Positions 25,517 through 32,000 of a stretch of DNA of 32,000 bases are shown here, one piece after another. Positions within the stretch are counted from its first letter, which is position 1; every line of letters begins with the position of its first letter. Made by a program: the position numbers and the translations under genes. The DNA lies in NCBI RefSeq assembly GCF_000017845.1, contig NC_010546.1:4590001-4622000 (forward strand), given 5' to 3'. The notes under the pieces were generated by a model. The model was given only the letters and a program-made list of their open reading frames with translations, was not told the origin of the DNA and made no database searches. Origin of the DNA: Crocosphaera subtropica ATCC 51142. GTDB lineage: Bacteria; Cyanobacteriota; Cyanobacteriia; Cyanobacteriales; Microcystaceae.

Positions 25517-26092
25517 ATGATAAAACTTTCAATTAAAATTATTACCATTGCTTCTCTCACTGTCGGTTTAGGACTTTATTTTATCCCCAAAAACGGATTT
25601 TCTTTACCTTCTCGTCCCATTAAATCTATTAAAATACAAAATAATATTATCCCTGTTGCATTACCTTATGATGCCACAGTAACATTAAAAACAAATAGCA
25701 CAATGTCAGGAAAAATTGTAAATTTTGATCAACAAAAATCAGAAATAACTGTAGAAAAAAGTGGAAGATCAAAAGCAATAGCAATTACTGATATTGAAAA
25801 AGTAGAATTTGGCAGAGAAGTTAAACTAATTCACAGTGGAAAACCTGTTATAAGAGGAGAAGACAATAATGCTAATCCAAATACGACAGAAACTTGGCAA
25901 GAACCCTTAACCCATTTTAAAATAACTAACGCTCAAGATGGCAAAGCTGAAGTTATTTTATCTAAACTAAGTAAAGCAGAATTAAGAGGAATTAGGGCTG
26001 TTTCTCAAACTAATACCTATGTGGTTGATGAACTCAGTTTTAATGATAATAATAACCATATAATTTTAACTGTCATCCGTTATTCAGACTAA
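25517..26092 (+). CDS. Hypothetical signal-anchored or secreted protein
   Basis: 191 aa with an N-terminal hydrophobic segment IITIASLTVGLGLYF. It ends 11 nt before aroE, so it is probably co-transcribed with it. Confidence 0.55.
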   Translation: MIKLSIKIITIASLTVGLGLYFIPKNGFSLPSRPIKSIKIQNNIIPVALPYDATVTLKTNSTMSGKIVNFDQQKSEITVEKSGRSKAIAITDIEKVEFGREVKLIHSGKPVIRGEDNNANPNTTETWQEPLTHFKITNAQDGKAEVILSKLSKAELRGIRAVSQTNTYVVDELSFNDNNNHIILTVIRYSD

Positions 26093-26103
26093 TCTTAAAC
26101 ATA

Positions 26104-26970
26104 ATGTCAATTATTACCGGAAAAACGAAATTATTAGGCATCATTGGTCATCCCGTCGAACATTCCTTATCCCCTGTCATGCAAAATGCAGAAATTAAAC
26201 GGTTAGGGGTTGACTACATTTATATTCCTTTTCCTGTCAAACCTGAAAACTTAGAAACTGCTTTAGATGGCTTTGCAACCATAGGCGTGATGGGTTTCAA
26301 CGCAACCATCCCCCATAAACAAGCTATCATCCCCCTACTCTCTGAAGTTACCACAACCGCGAAATTAGTGGGAGCGGTGAACACCGTTTGGCGCACAGAA
26401 ATAGGTTGGAAAGGCACAAACACCGACGTTATTGGCTTTGTCACCCCCCTAAAAGCTTTAAACCGTGACTGGAACACCATTAAACCCATTATCCTCGGAA
26501 ATGGAGGCGCAGCCAGGGCCGTAGTGGTAGGGTTAGCGGAATTAGGTTGCCGTGATATTTGCGTTGTGGGACGAGATAAGGACAAGTTAGGTCAATTTAA
26601 GCAAAGTTGGGACACTAGCGAGCTTCAAGCCTCTATAACCGTTCATTCCTGGGATGAATTATCGGGAATGGTATCAGAAAGCCAGTTAATTGTTAACACC
26701 ACACCTATCGGGATGTTTCCTCATACTCAGAATTCTCCCGTTGACAGTAATTTATGGGAAAAATTGCCTAATAATGCGATCGCTTATGACTTAATTTATA
26801 ATCCCAGTCCTACCCAGTTTCTAAAAGATGCAAAACAGCAAGGTTTAACGGTTATTGATGGTTTAGATATGTTAGTGTATCAAGGGGCTGCAGCCTTAGA
26901 AATTTGGTTACAACAACCCGTCTCAGCAACAGTAATGAGTGAAGCTTTGAAACAATCTCTTTTTTCCTAA
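26104..26970 (+). CDS. aroE: Shikimate 5-dehydrogenase
   Basis: LLGIIGHPVEHSLSPVMQNA, GFNATIPHK and GNGGAARAV motifs are canonical AroE. Confidence 0.92.
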   Translation: MSIITGKTKLLGIIGHPVEHSLSPVMQNAEIKRLGVDYIYIPFPVKPENLETALDGFATIGVMGFNATIPHKQAIIPLLSEVTTTAKLVGAVNTVWRTEIGWKGTNTDVIGFVTPLKALNRDWNTIKPIILGNGGAARAVVVGLAELGCRDICVVGRDKDKLGQFKQSWDTSELQASITVHSWDELSGMVSESQLIVNTTPIGMFPHTQNSPVDSNLWEKLPNNAIAYDLIYNPSPTQFLKDAKQQGLTVIDGLDMLVYQGAAALEIWLQQPVSATVMSEALKQSLFS

Positions 26971-26982
26971 TTTATGTATTAA

Positions 26983-27183
26983 CGTTCTGAATATAGTGTA
27001 TTAGATATTCCTAAATATTGGATTGTTGGTCTGTTGCAGGAAAAAGTTATCATTCTGTCTTTATCTGAAGGGTTTTATGATGAGACAATATTTACCTCAT
27101 CAAATATGGTGAAATCTCCTACTTTTCTTGAATTTAATTATACTGTCTTTCAAATTTTACAAGAGAATTACAAAACCTTGTAA
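26983..27183 (+). pseudogene. C-terminal remnant of a Uma2-family (DUF820) endonuclease gene
   Basis: The frame opens at 26983 with no start codon and reads RSEYSVLDIPKYWIVGLLQEKVIILSLSEGFYDETIFTSSNMVKSPTFLEFNYTVFQILQENYKTL*. This matches the Uma2 C-terminal pattern (EY...GIPEYWIVD...V.V..L..G.Y......G...I.SP.FP.L.L....I). The N-terminal two thirds are absent. Confidence 0.55.
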
Positions 27184-27204
27184 GGTGGGCATTGCCCACC
27201 CTAC
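27180..27204. repeat. Palindromic GGTGGGCA/TGCCCACC-family repeat
   Basis: gtaaggtgggcattgcccaccctac has 12-nt arms with one mismatch and overlaps the remnant's stop codon. Confidence 0.75.
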
Positions 27205-27229
27205 TATATTTGTTATAATATTATTACTC

Positions 27230-27439
27230 ATGAATATTTTTTTTAATTCTTTTTATTTCCTCAATCTTTCCCATAAACTCTATGGAATCTTAAAATCTTT
27301 GCAACGAAATCTAGGTCTAGAAGATGCAGAAATTGATGATGGTTCAGAAAGTTTAATTAGAGAATATGGTTTCTTTTTTCTATTATTCGGTCTTTTATTT
27401 TTATATATCGTTTATTTAAGTTTCAAACAGCGTAAATAA
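27230..27439 (+). CDS. Possible 69-aa tail-anchored micro-protein (weak)
   Basis: This is the ATG-initiated part of track ORF 27128..27439, whose upstream part is a TTG-started read-through of the palindromic repeat. It has a C-terminal hydrophobic helix GFFFLLFGLLFLYIVYLSF, and an intrinsic terminator follows at 27538..27578. AT-rich and unconfirmed. Confidence 0.25.
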   Translation: MNIFFNSFYFLNLSHKLYGILKSLQRNLGLEDAEIDDGSESLIREYGFFFLLFGLLFLYIVYLSFKQRK

Positions 27440-27482
27440 AACGGGACAATCCAAGTAATACCAATTGTCAAAACTCATTAGC

Positions 27483-27546
27483 GTCATTGCGAGGGGTACA
27501 ATTAACCTTAACCTTTGACGTTCACTGAAAATACCCCGAAGCAATC
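27483..27546 (+). repeat. Third copy of the GTCATTGCGAGGGG...CCCCGAAGCAATC MITE-like repeat
   Basis: gtcattgcgaggggtacaattaaccttaacctttgacgttcactgaaaataccccgaagcaatc aligns with the copies at 20905 and 20996. Confidence 0.75.
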
Positions 27547-27578
27547 TACCACATACGGGAGAGATTGCTTCATTTTTT
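27538..27578 (+). terminator. Intrinsic terminator (10-bp perfect stem followed by T6)
   Basis: gaagcaatct (27538..27547) pairs with agattgcttc (27562..27571) across a 14-nt loop, followed by attttttaa. The left arm is supplied by the end of the MITE-like repeat. Confidence 0.55.
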
Positions 27579-27594
27579 AAGAACTGATATGAGA

Positions 27595-27634
27595 AATTAA
27601 TAATGAATAATTTCTGGATTATTCATTATTAATT
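27595..27634. terminator. Perfect 17-bp A/T-only inverted repeat overlapping the stop codon of the Get3d-like gene
   Basis: aattaataatgaataat-ttctgg-attattcattattaatt. It could act as a terminator for the minus-strand gene, but the all-A/T stem is weak. Confidence 0.35.
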
Positions 27635-28826
27635 AACTTTTAACAGCCACGCCACTACTAAAACGAATTTTTAAGAAATCTTCTTCCATTTTAGCCCCCG
27701 AGGGATTCAATGCGGCCAACGCTTGAGGTAACACTAAATTACGGCGATGATTACCGATTCTAATATTCAATTCATCCCCTGTTTTATTCAGTTGTACCTT
27801 TTCTTTAGGAATACCCGGTAAGTACAATTCTAAACTATAGTCTTGACCATTTTGTACCACCCTAATCGTATCTTCTTGATGGTAAACTTGTGCCGGATCT
27901 TCATCTTTATAGAGGGTTTCTTTTAATCTTTCTAAAGCTTCCATCCCACACATTTCTTCAGAGAATAAAGGCACTTCTTTAACAGGTAAAGGATGGAAAT
28001 TTTCGTGAATTTCTTGCTTATAAACTTGTTGATTATTTTTCCATTTTTCAAAGAAGGGATCATTAACCGTATCAGGAATAATACGGTTAGCAATCACTAA
28101 ATCGGTAGAAACATTATACAAACTCAGATAAGCATGGGCCCGCAAAGATTCTTTAATAACCATTCTTTCAGGATTTGTCACCAAACGAACAGAAGTTTGC
28201 TTATTATCCGTCAAAACCTTCTCTAATTCTTCGATTTGCTCGTAAAATTCATAGGGTGCGTCCATTACCTCCTTATCCGGTAGAGAAAATCCTGCGATCG
28301 GTCTAAACAAGGGTTCTACCAAAGGACGTAAGGCTACAGACATCCCTTGTAACGGTTTATAAAATCTTCTCATATACCAGCCGCCCACTTCAGGAATACT
28401 CAGGAGACGTAATGCTGTTCCGGTTGGGGCCGAGTCAATGATTAAAACGTCGTATTCTCCTTCGTCGTAGTGTCTTTTCATGCGAACTAAGCCAAAAATT
28501 TCGTCCATTCCTGGTAAAATAGCTAATTCTTCTGCTTGTACGCCGTCGAGTCCTCTTGCTTGCAATACCTGGGTAATATACCGTTTAACTGCCCCCCAGT
28601 TCCCTTCAAGTTCCATTAATGCGTCCAGTTCGGCCCCCCACAGGTTAGGACGCACGGAACGAGGTTCGTGGCCCAATTCTAAATCAAAACTATCTGCTAA
28701 GGAATGGGCCGGGTCCGTACTTAAGACCAAGGTTTTGTACCCTAACTCAGCACATCTGAGGCCAGTGGCCGCAGCGACGGAAGTTTTCCCAACTCCCCCT
28801 TTACCAGTCATGAGGATTACACGCAT
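27633..28826 (-). CDS. ArsA/GET3-family ATPase with a C-terminal alpha-crystallin (HSP20-like) domain (Get3d type)
   Basis: [22 protein letters not shown] is a deviant Walker A/P-loop; STDPAHSL and DSAPTG motifs follow. The C-terminal segment of about 90 aa ([26 protein letters not shown]...LKIRF) looks like an HSP20/ArsA-HSP20 domain. ATG at 28826 is preferred over the track start at 28904. Confidence 0.88.
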   Translation of the reverse strand: MRVILMTGKGGVGKTSVAAATGLRCAELGYKTLVLSTDPAHSLADSFDLELGHEPRSVRPNLWGAELDALMELEGNWGAVKRYITQVLQARGLDGVQAEELAILPGMDEIFGLVRMKRHYDEGEYDVLIIDSAPTGTALRLLSIPEVGGWYMRRFYKPLQGMSVALRPLVEPLFRPIAGFSLPDKEVMDAPYEFYEQIEELEKVLTDNKQTSVRLVTNPERMVIKESLRAHAYLSLYNVSTDLVIANRIIPDTVNDPFFEKWKNNQQVYKQEIHENFHPLPVKEVPLFSEEMCGMEALERLKETLYKDEDPAQVYHQEDTIRVVQNGQDYSLELYLPGIPKEKVQLNKTGDELNIRIGNHRRNLVLPQALAALNPSGAKMEEDFLKIRFSSGVAVKS

Positions 28827-28861
28827 GATTTTTTCAGAAAAATTTACATTACTTATTCTTA

Positions 28862-29248
28862 TTATGAAGGATTTAGGACAAAATGTTGTTTTAGTACATC
28901 CCAACGAGAACAGTTCCAGTAGTCAATATGGGAAATAATCAGGTTTTGGTCATTAAAGGTCAGTTCACTGCGGCCTGGGATGGAAATAGGGGGTTTCCAG
29001 GGTAACGGGGTGATCCAGTGTAGCGTCCATTCTGTATGAATAATGTTATCGCTTTGATAGATATTGTGTAATTCTAAATCAACATTTTTGAACCAAGTTG
29101 ACATAAATTGGATCATCTCTTGATAACGTTTAACTCCTGTAAATTCATTAACGGGATCTTTAAAATAAACATTATCTGCATACACTGAATAGGTTTGATT
29201 CTTCGGAAAGGTTTGATAGTCGTTTTTGATAGTTTCTAGAAGCTTCAT
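28862..29248 (-). CDS. DUF2358-like (NTF2/SnoaL-fold) protein
   Basis: 128 aa. [21 protein letters not shown]...PWKP...GRSELTF...ISHIDYW matches the pattern I associate with DUF2358. It ends 35 nt upstream of the Get3d-like gene on the same strand. Confidence 0.65.
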   Translation of the reverse strand: MKLLETIKNDYQTFPKNQTYSVYADNVYFKDPVNEFTGVKRYQEMIQFMSTWFKNVDLELHNIYQSDNIIHTEWTLHWITPLPWKPPISIPGRSELTFNDQNLIISHIDYWNCSRWDVLKQHFVLNPS

Positions 29249-29464
29249 TATGTCAAATTTTGTATCTTTAACTTGGTATATACTGTATTATAGAAATAAT
29301 ATTGAATCGGTTGTGCTAAAGTACGGATAAAAAGTTATATTTTTCTATAAAATTTATCCTTTTAGCTAACCCATCTTGCGAAATAGAAGATTTTCTTATC
29401 ACCATAATTGGAGGAGCATTATTAAAATTGTTAATTGTGTTAAATAATTACTAAGTTTAATAAC

Positions 29465-29665
29465 ATGAATGATTTGGAAAGAATCGGAAATTTTGTACTG
29501 CATTTATTCATTTTTTTAAGTTTTGTTTATATGCTAAAGTCTTCAATGGGGATTAATTTCGTCCAGAATTGTCATGCTGAAGAAATTTTATTAGGAAACT
29601 GTAAATCTTCAGTTCCTACAATTATAGATAAAATGTATGAAACTTATCAGTTTATTACTGATTAA
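29465..29665 (+). CDS. Hypothetical 66-aa single-TM protein (weak)
   Basis: An ATG ORF with one hydrophobic helix (FVLHLFIFLSFVYML). No family is assigned. Confidence 0.3.
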   Translation: MNDLERIGNFVLHLFIFLSFVYMLKSSMGINFVQNCHAEEILLGNCKSSVPTIIDKMYETYQFITD

Positions 29666-29791
29666 ACTAAAATGGTACGGAGTAATTGGTTTTCTGTTTG
29701 GAAAATAAGGAAGCGAAGATACTTCAAATCATTTAAACTAATATTTATCCGATCATAATTAAAAATTATTATATGGAAAGGAGGAAAATAA

Positions 29792-30331
29792 ATGACCCAA
29801 TCAAATCACACCCTTTGGAATATTTCTGAAGAAATGATTGAACTAGAAAACTTAATTAATCAACTTCAAGACTCAGAAGAATTAAGCGAAGAAGAAAAAG
29901 AAGTTAAAATTAATGAACTATTTTCTGAGTGGTTAACTGCCGATACCAACTTTGAAGAAAAAGCCGAAAAAGTAGCCCATTATATTAAGTATTTAGAAGC
30001 GATAACAGAAGCAAGAAAAGCAGAAGCAAAACGCATCAGAGTCTTAGCAAGTATGAGTGAAAAACAAGGGGATAAATTACGAAACTATCTAATTAGGGAA
30101 ATGCAACGAGTTAATAAAACAAAAATAGAGGGTGTAACTTGTAAATTATCCATGCGAAAAAAACAACCGAGTATCTGTTTAAAAGTAGAACCCGAAGAAC
30201 TTCCCGATGAATTTAAACGAGTAAAAATTGAACCTAATTTAACAGAAATTAGAAAAGCCCTCAAATCTCAAAAAGACCTTGATTGGGCTTTTCTTAGCGA
30301 TGATGAAGACTATAGCTTAACCATTAAATGA
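29792..30331 (+). CDS. Siphovirus Gp157-family protein
   Basis: An acidic coiled-coil N-terminus is followed by AHYIKYLEAITEARKAEAKRIRVLA...KLRNYL...LPDEF...IRKALK, which fits the Sipho_Gp157 family layout. A strong SD AAGGAGG at 29778..29784 lies 7 nt before the ATG. Confidence 0.7.
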   Translation: MTQSNHTLWNISEEMIELENLINQLQDSEELSEEEKEVKINELFSEWLTADTNFEEKAEKVAHYIKYLEAITEARKAEAKRIRVLASMSEKQGDKLRNYLIREMQRVNKTKIEGVTCKLSMRKKQPSICLKVEPEELPDEFKRVKIEPNLTEIRKALKSQKDLDWAFLSDDEDYSLTIK

Positions 30332-30449
30332 ATCTTTAATTGTCATTCCGAGGAAACGAGGAATCTGCGTAACGTCTTAATCATAATTAATAGTGTTAGA
30401 AAGGCAACAGGATAGAAAAAGTCTTGCTTTGCCTATTGCCTATTGCCTG

Positions 30450-32000
30450 TTATATTTTTGTGCCACATTCAGGACAAAACTTGTTAGTAACAGGGTTATC
30501 CGTACCACAGTAAGTACAACGAATTAACTCTGTCATCAACTCGGAAGACTTTAACTCAGGAAGTCCGATCATTTGAGCATTACTCTTACCAGGGGCAACC
30601 ATCGGATAACAATTTTCATCCCGTTTCACATGAACATCCATCAAAACAGGGCCATCATGGGCTAACATTTCAGCCACTGCACCAGCCAACTGAGAATGCT
30701 CTGTAACAGTGATTCCTTTAACACCGAACGCTTTAGCCAATAATTCAAAATCAGGCATTCCCGTCTGCATATTAGACGAAGAATAACGCTCACCGTAAAA
30801 GGTTTGTTGCCATTGGCGTACCATTCCCTGCCAACCATTATTAATAATGACGGTTTTCGCAGCAATGTTATACTGTGCGAGGGTTGCCAACTCTTGGAGA
30901 TTCATCTGAAAACTCGCATCACCGCTAATACAGATTACCTCTTCTTCGGGTAGCGCCACTTTAACACCCATCGCTGCCGGCATTCCATAACCCATTGTGC
31001 CTAACCCTGCGCTAGAAATCCAACGACGGGGCCCGTTATTTAAGAATTGCGCCGCCCACATTTGATGCTGTCCCACATCCGTCGTATAGTAGGCGTGAGG
31101 AGCTTGACGACCCACTTCGACGATCACCTCTTGAGGGGAGATGCGATGGTCATAATGGGGAGCAACGAGGGGATATTGTTCACGCCAACGATTAATACGG
31201 TTTAACCAAGGTGTGGTTTTTTCAGCATCCAGAGGAACATCAATTTCTCGCGATCGCTGTAATAATTGTTCTAATACCTGACGCACATCTCCGACGATGG
31301 GAACTTCAGGGAGTCTATTTTTACCCACTTCCGCCGGATCAATATCAATATGAATGACCCTAGCACGGGAAGCAAACTCATCCAATTTACCCGTTACCCG
31401 ATCATCAAATCTGGCTCCCACCGCGATCAATAAATCACACTCACTCACCGCAAAGTTAGCGTAAGCAGTGCCGTGCATTCCCAACATTCCCACCGATAAC
31501 GGGTGATGTTCATCAAAGGAACCAATACCCATTAACGTGGTGGTGACAGGAATTTGAAACCGTTCAGCCAATTCTTGGACTTGAGCGTGGGCATTAGCGG
31601 CGATCGCTCCACCCCCAACATACAATAAAGGACGTTCTGAGGTTTCGATTAAGGATAAGGCTGCATTAATTTGACGGGGGTTTCCTTTCACCGTAGGACG
31701 ATACCCTGGTAATTTCACTTGGCCAGGTTCAACGGGAATATAGTCACATTCTTCAAGGCCGACATCTTTGGGAACATCAATTAAGACCGGTCCTGGTCGT
31801 CCCGTACTGGCGATATGAAACGCTTCAGCCACGATTTTAGCCATATCTTCGGCATGACGCACCACATAGGAATGTTTAACAATAGGTAGGGTAATCCCAA
31901 AAATATCCGTTTCTTGGAAAGCGTCGCTACCAATGGCCGCCCTTCCCACTTGTCCCGTTACCACTACCATCGGAATTGAATCCAGGTGTGCCGTGGCGAT
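30450..32000 (-). CDS. ilvB: Acetolactate synthase (AHAS) large subunit, 5' end outside the window, with a C-terminal zinc-ribbon extension
   Basis: Canonical AHAS motifs [13 protein letters not shown] and the ThDP motif [14 protein letters not shown]...GDASFQMN. The frame stays open to the window edge (..[13 protein letters not shown]). The extra tail [22 protein letters not shown] carries CxxC...CxxC. Confidence 0.93.
   Translation of the reverse strand: MATAHLDSIPMVVVTGQVGRAAIGSDAFQETDIFGITLPIVKHSYVVRHAEDMAKIVAEAFHIASTGRPGPVLIDVPKDVGLEECDYIPVEPGQVKLPGYRPTVKGNPRQINAALSLIETSERPLLYVGGGAIAANAHAQVQELAERFQIPVTTTLMGIGSFDEHHPLSVGMLGMHGTAYANFAVSECDLLIAVGARFDDRVTGKLDEFASRARVIHIDIDPAEVGKNRLPEVPIVGDVRQVLEQLLQRSREIDVPLDAEKTTPWLNRINRWREQYPLVAPHYDHRISPQEVIVEVGRQAPHAYYTTDVGQHQMWAAQFLNNGPRRWISSAGLGTMGYGMPAAMGVKVALPEEEVICISGDASFQMNLQELATLAQYNIAAKTVIINNGWQGMVRQWQQTFYGERYSSSNMQTGMPDFELLAKAFGVKGITVTEHSQLAGAVAEMLAHDGPVLMDVHVKRDENCYPMVAPGKSNAQMIGLPELKSSELMTELIRCTYCGTDNPVTNKFCPECGTKI

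Noticed and set aside
7417-26970. An apparent concentration of shikimate/aromatic-pathway-like genes (DHQS-like eboD, tyrA, aroE) as a possible aromatic amino acid supercluster.
   Set aside because: The genes are separated by many unrelated genes on both strands. eboD belongs to the ebo operon, and tyrA and aroE each sit in their own small units. This is most simply coincidence.
27128-27229. The first third of track ORF 27128..27439 (TTG start, reading through the GGTGGGCATTGCCCACC palindrome as KVGIAHPT).
   Set aside because: The region is better explained as the 3' end of the Uma2 remnant in another frame plus an intergenic palindromic repeat. Only the ATG-initiated downstream part is kept, as a weak candidate.
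1-32000. A search for tRNA, rRNA, tmRNA, RNase P, riboswitch-like leaders, reverse transcriptases, transposases and integrases.
   Set aside because: No T-arm (GGTTCGAnnCC) context, rRNA-like conserved blocks or transposase or integrase-like ORFs were seen by eye. The intergenic regions are short and AT-rich. Absence is not proven without covariance-model scans.

Overview
The window is cyanobacterial chromosome. HIP1 octamers (GCGATCGC) are dense throughout, a petN gene is present, there are PEP-CTERM proteins, and small palindromic and MITE-like repeat families typical of cyanobacteria occur in several intergenic regions. Housekeeping genes (petN, proS, tyrA, aroE, a Get3d/ArsA-type ATPase, and ilvB running off the right edge) are interleaved with accessory material.

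The most notable block is a complete, co-directional six-gene eboA-F cluster at about 4.4-11.3 kb. It encodes EboA, a TatD-type hydrolase, a UbiA prenyltransferase, a DHQS-like sugar-phosphate cyclase, a TIM-barrel protein and an NPP-type phosphodiesterase. As far as I know its chemical product is not established. It is preceded by a co-oriented TMEM220-like membrane gene, flanked by two PEP-CTERM secreted proteins, and not linked to scytonemin genes in this window.

A second accessory stretch at about 17.5-26 kb holds:
- a stand-alone HerA/FtsK-type ATPase with no visible nuclease partner;
- a VapBC toxin-antitoxin pair;
- a solitary beta-class DPPY DNA methyltransferase in very AT-rich DNA;
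- a tandemly duplicated MITE-like repeat;
- a signal-peptide TPR-CHAT protein whose TPR region is built of near-identical 120-bp units;
- three uncharacterised membrane or secreted genes.

Other items are a ComFB-family protein, a Uma2-endonuclease remnant, a phage-type Gp157 gene with an unusually strong Shine-Dalgarno, and a zinc-ribbon tail on IlvB. I found no rRNA, tRNA or CRISPR array. All family assignments come from reading motifs by eye and need HMM or BLAST confirmation.
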